Assembly: GCA_964403345.1 (NCBI GenBank) | Contig: CAYOGU010000001.1 | Coordinates: 1-37,548, forward strand | Source of the DNA: an uncultured Syntrophus sp. | GTDB lineage: Bacteria; Desulfobacterota; Syntrophia; Syntrophales; UBA5619 | DNA: 37,548 bases | Reading direction: 5' to 3' | Shown here: in pieces, positions 17,101 through 25,239 of the stretch | Numbering within the stretch: position 1 is the first letter of the stretch | Layout of the letters: each line of letters begins with the position of its first letter | Notes under the pieces: model-generated | What the model was told of the DNA's origin: nothing | Databases searched by the model: none | Seen by the model: the letters and a program-made list of their open reading frames with translations, nothing else | Made by a program: the position numbers and the translations under genes

Positions 17101-17131
17101 AAAAAAGGCGGGGGGAGGGACTCCCCCCGCC
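17101..17131 (-). terminator. Rho-independent terminator/attenuator after the Tat-type dctP-like gene
   Basis: The minus strand reads GGCGGGGGGAG-TCC-CTCCCCCCGCC followed by TTTTTTAAA. The stem is an 11-bp perfect GC-rich pairing that begins 10 nt after the TAG stop at 17142-17144. Confidence 0.75.
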
Positions 17132-17141
17132 CGGAACGGAT

Positions 17142-18293
17142 CTAGAAGGTGATCTTCTTGCCGTTGCGGTCCACCATGTCCTTGTCGGAGTAGTAGCCGA
17201 CCTTGATGGACTTCATGAACTCCCACTGGGACTTGAAGGCCTTCATCGCCAGCGGGTCCTTCTTGGCCCAGGTCACCCAGAGCTCGGGGGCGAACTTCTG
17301 GAACTTCTCGATGTCCGACTCCTTCAGGCGGATGATCTCGCAACCCTTGGCCAGGTACTTGGGAATCGCCTCGAGGTCGGCCTTCTGGTTCCCGGTGTAG
17401 TGGTCAACGGAGTGCCAGGCCACGGCCGCTTCGACCAGATCCTGGAGGTGCTTGGGAAGGGCCTTCCACTTGTTCATGTTGACCTCGATGCTCATCAAGT
17501 CGACGGGCTGGTGGAGGCACGGGGTGGAGGGGGGGCCGATGATGATGTACTTGGCGATCTCGGCGAACCCCAGGTTGTAGTTGACGGCCCAGCCCACGAA
17601 GTCGGCGGCGTCGATGACCCCCTTCTCCAGGGCCGGATAGACCTCCCCGCCCGGCAGGAGGACCGTGGAGACGCCGGCGGCGCGGTAGATGTCCGCGATG
17701 ATCCCGCCCGGGTAGCGGATCTTCTTGCCTTTGAAGTCCTCGAAGGAGCGGATGGGCTTCTTGGAGTGGATCAGGTTGTCGTCATGCTGGATCGGCCCCA
17801 GGTACATCAGGTTGTGCTTGCCGTAGGCCTCGCGGGCGATTTCCCGGCCGCCCAAGACATAGTACCAGGTGTCCCACTGGTCGGGGCGGTCCAGGGCGAA
17901 GGGGTAGGAGGACAGGAAGGTGCAGGCAGGGACCTTCCCGGGCCAGTAAACGTCGAAGCTGTGGTAGGCGTCGAAAACGCCCGCCTTGACGGCGTCGAAC
18001 ATCTCGAAGGTCCCGACGATCGCGCCCGCGGGCAGGCCTTCGATCGTCAGCTTGCCCTCGGTCATCTCGCCGACCTTGGCGCAGAACTTCTTGAACAGGT
18101 CGAACCCGACCGTCCCGGCGTCCCAGCAGGTCTGCATCTTCCATTTGATCGGAGCCGCTGCGGAAAGGCGCATCACACCGGGAAATCCCATGACCCCCGC
18201 CGCGGTTCCTGCCGCGACCGCGGCGGTCTTTAAAAAGGTACGTCTTGACTTGGTCTCCTTAGGTGATTTGACCTTCTTCGCTTCCTTACTCAT
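17142..18293 (-). CDS. TRAP transporter substrate-binding protein, DctP family, with twin-arginine (Tat) signal
   Basis: 'SRRTFLKTAAVAAGTAAG' is a consensus S-R-R-x-F-L-K Tat motif. 'KGKKIRYPGG' carries the DctP-family carboxylate-binding Arg. The track starts at a TTG at 18299, whereas the ATG at 18293 sits 7 nt after AAGGAGG. Confidence 0.85.
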   Translation of the reverse strand: MSKEAKKVKSPKETKSRRTFLKTAAVAAGTAAGVMGFPGVMRLSAAAPIKWKMQTCWDAGTVGFDLFKKFCAKVGEMTEGKLTIEGLPAGAIVGTFEMFDAVKAGVFDAYHSFDVYWPGKVPACTFLSSYPFALDRPDQWDTWYYVLGGREIAREAYGKHNLMYLGPIQHDDNLIHSKKPIRSFEDFKGKKIRYPGGIIADIYRAAGVSTVLLPGGEVYPALEKGVIDAADFVGWAVNYNLGFAEIAKYIIIGPPSTPCLHQPVDLMSIEVNMNKWKALPKHLQDLVEAAVAWHSVDHYTGNQKADLEAIPKYLAKGCEIIRLKESDIEKFQKFAPELWVTWAKKDPLAMKAFKSQWEFMKSIKVGYYSDKDMVDRNGKKITF

Positions 18294-18541
18294 TAGCAAT
18301 CCTCCTTGTTAAATGGGTTTAAAAGGACCCGACCGCCCACCTGATGATGCCCGGTCAGGACAGACATAAACTCACTCCATGGAAAGTACTGCTTTTAGAG
18401 ATAAAACGCCTTGTTCGGTCACCTCGCCTTGATCAGCCGTTTTACAGGATGGAACCCCTTGGTCCCTTAGCATCCCGGTCCGAGGCTGTCAATAAGAAAA
18501 AAACCCTCCTTTCATTCTTGCCTTTCTTCTGGTCCGTGCCC

Positions 18542-18586
18542 CCTTCCCCGGCCCTTGCGCCGTGCAGGCGCGGGAGCCGGGGAAGG
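18542..18586 (-). other. Stable GC hairpin immediately after the glcF-like stop codon
   Basis: CCTTCCCCGGC...GCCGGGGAAGG (11-bp perfect stem) with an inner GCGCC/GGCGC stem. There is no adjacent U-tract, so it is not a canonical intrinsic terminator. Confidence 0.4.
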
Positions 18587-18592
18587 CAACGG

Positions 18593-19891
18593 TCATTTGC
18601 TGTTCGCCAGGGCCGCCTGGAGGAGCTCCACCGGATGCATGGTCCTCATCCCCCGGGCCGGATCCAGGTGGTTGGAAATGGTCACGTTGCACCCCGGGCA
18701 GCAGGTGGCCACCACCTGGGCCTTGGTGCTGTTGATGTTGTCGATCTTGCGCTTGGTGATCTTGGCCGAGATCTCGCCGTGCTCCACCTGGAAGGAGCCG
18801 CCGCCGCCGCAGCAGTCGTTGGCCCCGGGCATCTCGACGTACTCGACGCCGGGGATCGACTTGAGGATATTCCTCGGCTGGGCGCTGATCTTCTGCCCCT
18901 TCACCAGGTGGCAGGGGTCGTGATAGGTCACGCGGAGCTTCTGCCCGTTCTCGCCGAGCTTGGGCAGCCAGTCCTTGTGCGCGTCGATGAAGACGGTCAC
19001 GTCCTGGGTCTTGGAAGCCAGGAGCTCCGCCTTCTTGATCTCCTCGTCCGTCACCTTCTCCCCAAGTTCCCGGAGGTCCTTGAGCAGGTTGGTGTACTCG
19101 TTCTTCAGGGCCGCACCGCAGGTCCCGCAGTCGACCAGGACCGCGTCCACGTCCCCCCGGGCGAAGAGTTTCAAGGTCTCACGGATGATCTCGACCGAGG
19201 TTTCCCGGTCGCCGGAGAGGAAGATCGGCAGGCCGCAGCAGCCCTGGTCCTTGGGGATGATCACCTCGACCCCCATCCGGGACAGGACGTCGACCACGGC
19301 GTTGCCGATGCTGCCGAAGACGAAGTTCGTCGCGCAGCCGTGGAAGTAGAGAACCTTTGCCTTGGCCTTGCCGCTCTTCGGGGCGACCACCTCCGGAACC
19401 GTGTCGGAGAAGGCCTTCTTGTTGAAGGGCGGGATGCGGTCGACCGAAAGGGCTCCGGCCTTGAGCTTTCTCTCGATCCAGGGGCCGCTGAAGTTCCGGC
19501 GCGCCCACCCGCCCAAAGCAGCGGACTTGGACATGAGCCAGCGGTTCGCCAGGACCCGGAACATCAGGCTCTTCCTCCAGTCGATCCCGTATTTCTGCTT
19601 CGCCCGCCAGCGGATGCCGGAGAAGAGATGGTCCCCGTGCACGCCGCTCGGACAGTTGGCGACGCAGGAGCCGCAGAGCAGACAGGTCGAGAAGAAGGCC
19701 TCCTTGACCTGTTCGCTCAGATCGAGCTTTCCCTCCGCCAGCGACCGGGAGAGCTGGACCTTGCCGCGGGGGCTGGCCACCTCCAGGAGCTCCTCCTTGT
19801 AAACCGGGCAGTGGGCCAGGCACAAACCGCATTTGACGCAATGATAGATATTTTCACCTGTCTGGTTGCTGAGCAATTTTTTGTCTTCCAT
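18593..19891 (-). CDS. Fe-S subunit, GlcF-like (two 4Fe-4S ferredoxin motifs plus two CCG domains)
   Basis: 432 aa. Contains 'CVKCGLCLAHCP', 'CLLCGSCVANCP', 'CCGLP' and 'CCGGGG', which is the GlcF/HdrD-like architecture. Confidence 0.8.
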   Translation of the reverse strand: MEDKKLLSNQTGENIYHCVKCGLCLAHCPVYKEELLEVASPRGKVQLSRSLAEGKLDLSEQVKEAFFSTCLLCGSCVANCPSGVHGDHLFSGIRWRAKQKYGIDWRKSLMFRVLANRWLMSKSAALGGWARRNFSGPWIERKLKAGALSVDRIPPFNKKAFSDTVPEVVAPKSGKAKAKVLYFHGCATNFVFGSIGNAVVDVLSRMGVEVIIPKDQGCCGLPIFLSGDRETSVEIIRETLKLFARGDVDAVLVDCGTCGAALKNEYTNLLKDLRELGEKVTDEEIKKAELLASKTQDVTVFIDAHKDWLPKLGENGQKLRVTYHDPCHLVKGQKISAQPRNILKSIPGVEYVEMPGANDCCGGGGSFQVEHGEISAKITKRKIDNINSTKAQVVATCCPGCNVTISNHLDPARGMRTMHPVELLQAALANSK

Positions 19892-19918
19892 AGATTGCCT
19901 CTACCTCTCTTTCCTAAG

Positions 19919-20042
19919 CAGGCTGTTGAAAACCGCCTATCTGCGGCGTTTCCCTCATCCTTCGCCGTTCAACGTACCGGATCGTACGCCTCACGGCCCA
20001 GGATTTCGGGGGCCTTGCATCCGGGCCTTTTTGAACAGCCTG
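19919..20042. repeat. About 124-bp extragenic element bounded by terminal inverted repeats
   Basis: CAGGCTGTTGAAAA (19919-19932) pairs with TTTTGAACAGCCTG (20029-20042), 13 of 14 complementary. There is an internal CGTAC-CGGATC-GTACG hairpin. It sits in the 183-bp gap between the glcE-like and glcF-like genes. Confidence 0.6.
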
Positions 20043-20074
20043 TAACGGAGCCCTATTCCATAGGCTCTAGCGCC

Positions 20075-21442
20075 TCAGACGCCGGCCACAAACCGGCCGG
20101 GATTCAGGATTCCCGATGGATCCAGCTTCTCCTTCAGGCGGCGGACCAGAACCGCATCGCTGCGGGTCTTTCCCCATACGCTGAGTTTCTCCTTGATCGC
20201 CCGCGGGGCCTTCTGGACGACGAGGTTGCCGCCCTGTTTCACCGATTCCGCAGTGAGACGCTCCACCAGCGATGCGACCGATGCCGCCTTGGCCGCCGTG
20301 TCCGCACCCAGGGGAAGCGCTGCATACAGCAGGCCGTTGCCGGCCCGGCAGGTCAAGGCGCCTTCCAGAGAGGCCTCCTTGAGGGCCGCCTCGAAGGCCG
20401 TCACCATCTCAGGCACCTTGGACAGAACGAAATTGGATTTGAGGACCACCAGGTTGGGTGAGGCTTTGGCCAGGGTCCCGGCCAGATCCCCGTAGGCCGT
20501 CCAGAAATCGCGGTGCGCCTGGTCCTTGAGCGTGACCACGTCCAGCGCCCCGCCTTTGCGGCCCAGGTCGCCAAGTTCCGTGACCTGGCGCGCCACCGCC
20601 TCCTCGATCCCTTCCAGGCCGATCGCCGCCACGTAGGACCCCTTCAAGCCGGCGGAAGCCTTGAAGGCGGAGGCCGTCTTGGCGTTCATCAGTTCCATCG
20701 AGGCGGGGAAGAACTTGGAGTGGAGGAGCATCTTGAGATAGGCAGCGGCTTCGTTCAGGGTGCCGAAGGGGATCAGGAGCGTCGCCTCGGCGTCCGGCTT
20801 GGGATAGATCCGGAAGACGACCTCGCAGAGGATCCCCAGGGCGCCCATGGAGCCGATCATCATCTTGGTCATGTCGTAGCCGGCCACGTTCTTCACGGCC
20901 TTGCCGCCCGAAACGACGATATCCCCGTTGGGCATGACGGTCTTGACCCCGAGGATGACATCCCGCGCGGCCCCGTAGATGAAACGTTTCGGGCCGCTGT
21001 CGTTGGTCGCCACGATTCCGCCGATGGTCGCCTCCTGGGAGTAGGGAGGATCCAGGGGGATAAAATACCCCCTCCCCTCTCCCGCCAGCTTCTGCTGAAC
21101 CTCTGCCAGCGTCAGGCCGCACTCCACACCCACGGTCAGGTTGGCGATGTCGTAGTCGGCATAGCGCTTCAGCCTCCGGGTCGAAAGGAGGATATCCGCC
21201 TTCTTCTTGGGAATGCCGCCCAGGCCCATCTTGGTCCCGCTCCCCATCGGAACGACGGACAGCTTTTCGGCGTTGGCGCAGGCGAGGACTTTCGATACCT
21301 CTTCGATCGTCCCGGGAGCGACGAACAGGCCGGGAGCATCCCCATCCACCGCGTAGGCCTTGAGCTTTTCCGGATCTTCGATCACATTGGCCTCGCCGAC
21401 AATGGCCTTCATTTTCGAAGCCAATTTATCATAGTTGGACAT
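20075..21442 (-). CDS. FAD-binding oxidase subunit, GlcE-like
   Basis: 455 aa. PCMH-type FAD-binding domain ('VVPMGSGTKMGLGG'). Located between the GlcD-like and GlcF-like genes. Confidence 0.75.
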   Translation of the reverse strand: MSNYDKLASKMKAIVGEANVIEDPEKLKAYAVDGDAPGLFVAPGTIEEVSKVLACANAEKLSVVPMGSGTKMGLGGIPKKKADILLSTRRLKRYADYDIANLTVGVECGLTLAEVQQKLAGEGRGYFIPLDPPYSQEATIGGIVATNDSGPKRFIYGAARDVILGVKTVMPNGDIVVSGGKAVKNVAGYDMTKMMIGSMGALGILCEVVFRIYPKPDAEATLLIPFGTLNEAAAYLKMLLHSKFFPASMELMNAKTASAFKASAGLKGSYVAAIGLEGIEEAVARQVTELGDLGRKGGALDVVTLKDQAHRDFWTAYGDLAGTLAKASPNLVVLKSNFVLSKVPEMVTAFEAALKEASLEGALTCRAGNGLLYAALPLGADTAAKAASVASLVERLTAESVKQGGNLVVQKAPRAIKEKLSVWGKTRSDAVLVRRLKEKLDPSGILNPGRFVAGV

Positions 21443-21463
21443 ACCGTTATCTCCTTTCCTCGA

Positions 21464-22852
21464 TCAGGCCGCCTTTTCCGCCGGGAGCAGTTTTCCGGGG
21501 TTGTAGACTCCATCCGGGTCAAAGGCCAGTTTCACATTCCGCATCGCGGCAAGGTCCTGCGGGCTGAAAATAAAGGGCATCCCCTTGAGCTTCTCGACGC
21601 CGATGCCGTGCTCGCCGCTGATCGTCCCGCCCATCTTGGCGCAGATCTCCATGATCTCGAAGGCCGCCTTGTGCACCCGTTCCAGTTCGTCGGCGTCCCT
21701 CTGGTCGAAGAGGATGAGCGGATGGAGGTTTCCGTCCCCCGCATGGAAGACGTTGGCGATGGGGAGGTTGTACTTCTTGCCGATCTCGACCACCTTGGCC
21801 AGGGCCTCGGGAAGCCGGGTCCTGGGCACGGTCGGGTCGTTGACCAGATAGTTGGGACGGAGCCGTCCGACGGCCCCGAAGGCCCCCTTGCGGCCCGCCC
21901 AGATCTTGTCCCGCTCGGCGTCGGTCTTCGCCACGCGAACCTCGCGGACTTTGTTCTGTTTGCAGATGGCGACCACCTGATCGATCAGCCGGTCCATGCC
22001 GTCCTTGAGGCCGTCCAGCTCGATCAGGAGGATCGACGCGGCGTCCTCGGGAAGCCCCACGTGGTAGGCCGCCTCGACCGCTTTGATCGTCAGGTTGTCC
22101 ATCATCTCCAGCGTCGTGGGGATCATCCCGGCCTTGACGATGTCCGAGACGGTGTTGGCGCCATCGGCGATCGTGTCATAGATGGCCAGCATCGTCTTGA
22201 CCGCCTCGGTCTTCGGCATCATCCGGAGGACGAGCTTCGTCACCATCCCGAGCGTTCCCTCCGAACCGACCAGCAGGCCCGGAAAATCGAACCCCGGGTT
22301 GTCGAGAGACTTGCCGCCGATCTCGACCACCTGCCCGTCATAGAGGACCAACTCGGCGCCGAGGATGTGGTTGCTCGTCACGCCGTATTTGAAGCAGTGG
22401 GCGCCGCCGGCGTTCTCCCCAACGTTTCCGGCGATGGTCGTCGCTTTCTCGCTGGAGGGGTCCGGGTGGTAGAGGAAGCCGTACTTGCCAATCTCGCCCT
22501 TGATGTCCAGGGTGATGGCCCCCGGCTCCACGACGACCCGCTGGTTGTCCACATCGATTTCCAGGATCCGGTTCATCCGGGTGAAAAGCAGGGCAATCCC
22601 GCCTTCGGTGGGAGAACTGCCGCCGCTGAGGTTCGTCCCGGCGCCCCTGGCGACCACGGGGATCCCGTTGTCGTGGGCGAATTTGACGACCTTGGAGACC
22701 TCTTCCGTCGAGCTGGGCATGACGATGCACAGCGGCCTTCCGGGGTTGAGGGAGGCGTCGTAGCCGTAGAGCTGAAGCTCCATCTCCGAGGCCATGACAT
22801 CCTCTTTCCCGACGATCTTCGCCAGCTCCTGGATGACTTGATTGCGTTCCAT
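21464..22852 (-). CDS. FAD-linked oxidase, GlcD-like (glycolate / D-2-hydroxyacid dehydrogenase catalytic subunit)
   Basis: 'VVARGAGTNLSGGSSP' and C-terminal 'GTISGEHGIGVEK'. The ORF is open to 22921, but the ATG at 22852 follows GAAAGGAG. Confidence 0.8.
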   Translation of the reverse strand: MERNQVIQELAKIVGKEDVMASEMELQLYGYDASLNPGRPLCIVMPSSTEEVSKVVKFAHDNGIPVVARGAGTNLSGGSSPTEGGIALLFTRMNRILEIDVDNQRVVVEPGAITLDIKGEIGKYGFLYHPDPSSEKATTIAGNVGENAGGAHCFKYGVTSNHILGAELVLYDGQVVEIGGKSLDNPGFDFPGLLVGSEGTLGMVTKLVLRMMPKTEAVKTMLAIYDTIADGANTVSDIVKAGMIPTTLEMMDNLTIKAVEAAYHVGLPEDAASILLIELDGLKDGMDRLIDQVVAICKQNKVREVRVAKTDAERDKIWAGRKGAFGAVGRLRPNYLVNDPTVPRTRLPEALAKVVEIGKKYNLPIANVFHAGDGNLHPLILFDQRDADELERVHKAAFEIMEICAKMGGTISGEHGIGVEKLKGMPFIFSPQDLAAMRNVKLAFDPDGVYNPGKLLPAEKAA

Positions 22853-22920
22853 AACTTGACTCCTTTCAACGACCCGGACCGCATCTTCCCTTGGAAGCGG
22901 TTGAGGCGTCGCTTGAAACA

Positions 22921-22957
22921 AAGCGAAGCAATCCCGAAAAAGGCGATTGCTTCGCTT
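22921..22957 (-). terminator. Hairpin (13-bp perfect stem) between the citE-like and glcD-like genes; candidate terminator or processing site
   Basis: AAGCGAAGCAATC-(11 nt)-GATTGCTTCGCTT. On the minus strand it is followed by TGTTTCAAG, a short and imperfect U-tract. Confidence 0.4.
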
Positions 22958-23095
22958 ATGGTTCCGTCAGTGTTTGATCAGCTTGATCAGCATAAATCTG
23001 TTTTGGTTGCGTTGAAAGTTTACTTCATGAATTCCTGTTCGCTTTCCATATGTTCCACAGTCTTATGCCGACTGTTCCCTTCCCGCAGTTCCCTC

Positions 23096-23989
23096 TTACT
23101 TCTTCCGGAGGGCCTCCATGTCCTTGATCTCCTTTTCCTGGGACAGGATCGTCCGGGCGTTGTCGTAGACCGGCGTGTCGACCATCTTGCCCTTGTAGGA
23201 AACGGCGGCTTTGCCCATCGCAAGCCCTTCTTTCTCGAAGACGTCCACAACGCCGGCGGCCCATTCGACCTGCGCCGGGGTCGGCCGGTAGAGACGGTTG
23301 GAGGGTTCGACCTGGGTGGGATGGATCAGCATCCTGCCCTCGTAACCCATCTGGCGGCCTTCCATGACGCTCTTCTCGAAGGCCGGGATGTTCGCGAAAT
23401 CGACGAAGGGGCAGTCGATGGCGATGCAGCCGGCGGCGCGGGCGGCCACGGCGGTGTAGTACCGGCCGTAGAGCTGCTCGGTGGCCTCGGTCGTCAGGTC
23501 CACGCGCATATCCTTGCAGTAGTCGACGGCGCCAAAGATCAGCGAGCAGACGCGTTTGCTGGCCGTGGCGGATGCATAGGCGTTGATCATGCCCTTGGCC
23601 GTCTCGATCAGGAGCTGGATCGCGATGCTGCCCACCTGCAGGCCGCGCCGTCTCTCGAGTTCTTCGAGCTTCCAGTCGAGCCTCTTGACGTCGTCGGGAT
23701 GGCCGGTCTTGGCCAGGCACACGCCGTGGAGCCCCTCATGGACGATCGCCTCGAGGTCGTCGTTGGTCAGCAGGGTTTCCCAGTTGTTGATGCGGGAGAA
23801 GACCTTTGCGCCGCCCTTGCCGGCATGCTTCAGGTTCGCGGCGATGATCTCGCGAGCCTTTGCTTTCTCGGAGGGGGGAACGGAATCCTCCAGATCCAGG
23901 GTAATGATGTCGGCCGGGACTTCCGGGGCCTTGCCGACGAATTTCTCGTTGTTGCCGGGAACATAGAAAACGGACCTCATGACTGCCAT
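23096..23989 (-). CDS. HpcH/HpaI-CitE family CoA-ester lyase (malyl-/citramalyl-/citryl-CoA lyase-like)
   Basis: 297 aa. Contains 'VFYVPGNNEKF' and 'ITLDLEDSVPP', which are CitE-family N-terminal motifs. RBS AAAGGAG. Confidence 0.8.
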   Translation of the reverse strand: MAVMRSVFYVPGNNEKFVGKAPEVPADIITLDLEDSVPPSEKAKAREIIAANLKHAGKGGAKVFSRINNWETLLTNDDLEAIVHEGLHGVCLAKTGHPDDVKRLDWKLEELERRRGLQVGSIAIQLLIETAKGMINAYASATASKRVCSLIFGAVDYCKDMRVDLTTEATEQLYGRYYTAVAARAAGCIAIDCPFVDFANIPAFEKSVMEGRQMGYEGRMLIHPTQVEPSNRLYRPTPAQVEWAAGVVDVFEKEGLAMGKAAVSYKGKMVDTPVYDNARTILSQEKEIKDMEALRKK

Positions 23990-24017
23990 AATCGTATCTC
24001 CTTTCTCGCTTGGGGGG

Positions 24018-24932
24018 TTATTTGACCCTGAGTTTGCCCTGCTGTTTGAACTCCCTGAGTTTCCCCGGGATCTCGTTGGGATTGTCCACCACGATGATTC
24101 CCGCTTCCCTGAGCCGCGTGATCTTGTCTTGAGTCGAACCGCTGCCTCGCTCCACGATGGCGCTGGCGTGGGAGAACTTCATCCCGGCTGGCGCCCAGGC
24201 ACCGGACACGTAGATGATGATCGGCTTGGTGAACTTGCCGGACTTCACCAACTGGGCCGCCTCCTCTTCGTGGGAGCCGCCCATCTCGCCGAAGATGGCC
24301 ATGACATCCGTATCAGGGTCTTCCTGGTACAGGGGCAGAACGTCGGCAAAGGACATGCCCGTCACCGGCTCGGTCCCCACATGGAGGACCGTGCTGACGC
24401 CGAAACCCGCCTGGGCGATGACGTAGGGAAGGGTTCCCGACTGACCGCCGCTGCGGGAGATGACCCCCACATGGCCCGGCACGAAGTGCCGGTTGGCAAA
24501 CTCGACCGAACCGCCCAGCCATCCCAATACGCCCACACCCGGGGCGTTGACCCCGATGGAGCCCGGTCCCAGGAGCTTGGCCCCCTTCTGTTTCGCGTAG
24601 GCGACCATCTCCAGGATGTCGAAGAGGGGAACGCGCTCGACGGGCATGACAAGCCACTTGACGTCCGAATCCAAGGCCTCGAGGACGGCGTCCTTCAGAC
24701 CGGTCCCAGGGATGAAGGTCACGGAGACATCGAACAGACCGTGGTTCTTTACCGCGTCCCTGACTGTATTGTACACGGGGATCCCGTCCACTTCCTCGCC
24801 GCCGCGGCCAGGCGTAACGCCGGCGACGACGTTCGTCCCCATGCGCCGCATGAACTTGGCGCGCATGGAACCTTCCCGGCCCGTAATCCCCTGAATCACC
24901 ACTTTCGTTGACTTTGTCAGCAAGATAGCCAT
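24018..24932 (-). CDS. NDP-forming acyl-CoA synthetase alpha subunit, SucD-like
   Basis: Aligns by eye along its length with E. coli SucD ('TKVVIQGITGREG', 'GVTPGRGG', 'GVISRSG', 'KFSHASAIV' with the phospho-His). ATG at 24932 follows AAGGTGG. The upstream extension to 25043 overlaps the neighbouring gene. Confidence 0.85.
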   Translation of the reverse strand: MAILLTKSTKVVIQGITGREGSMRAKFMRRMGTNVVAGVTPGRGGEEVDGIPVYNTVRDAVKNHGLFDVSVTFIPGTGLKDAVLEALDSDVKWLVMPVERVPLFDILEMVAYAKQKGAKLLGPGSIGVNAPGVGVLGWLGGSVEFANRHFVPGHVGVISRSGGQSGTLPYVIAQAGFGVSTVLHVGTEPVTGMSFADVLPLYQEDPDTDVMAIFGEMGGSHEEEAAQLVKSGKFTKPIIIYVSGAWAPAGMKFSHASAIVERGSGSTQDKITRLREAGIIVVDNPNEIPGKLREFKQQGKLRVK

Positions 24933-24951
24933 ATTTTCACCACCTTCTTGG

Positions 24952-25227
24952 TTAGGATATTCCGTGCTTCTTACGGTACTCGTCCAGCCCCGGGATCGGC
25001 GCCTCGATCTTGATGGCCCCTTTTCCCCTGAACCCGCACTCATATTCGCATGCCAGGCACTCCGTCCCGAGCCGCTTGGCGTCCCCTTCCACGACGGGTT
25101 TGCCGTCTTTCAGGACCAATATCCCCCGAGCGTAGGTCTTGCAGGCCGCGATGCAGGCCTTGGACTCACATGCTGCGCATTTGCTGTCATCGATGATGAC
25201 CTTGATCGTCTGTTCCTGAAACTCCAT
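24952..25227 (-). CDS. Small Cys-rich ferredoxin-like protein inserted between the synthetase subunits
   Basis: 91 aa. Strong RBS AAAGGAGG. Seven Cys arranged as C-x2-C-x4-C-x3-C ... C-x2-C-x3-C, which is not the canonical C-x2-C-x2-C-x3-CP pattern. Confidence 0.6.
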   Translation of the reverse strand: MEFQEQTIKVIIDDSKCAACESKACIAACKTYARGILVLKDGKPVVEGDAKRLGTECLACEYECGFRGKGAIKIEAPIPGLDEYRKKHGIS

Positions 25228-25239
25228 GGGTGGCCTCCT

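Noticed and set aside
18464-18492. Perfect TTGACA -35 hexamer (minus strand) upstream of the Tat-type dctP-like gene
   Set aside because: The hexamer 17 nt downstream is TAAGGG (2 of 6 matches to TATAAT). This is insufficient to call a promoter.
20513-24025. Very long plus-strand ORFs (1170 aa here; also 18344-20461, 14935-16482, 30923-32536, 8659-10089, 24964-26490, 10628-11878 and others)
   Set aside because: They are antisense to minus-strand genes that carry clear family motifs. They are Arg/Gly/Pro/Asp-rich and low in complexity, lack RBSs, and are the expected stop-poor shadow frames of a high-GC genome.
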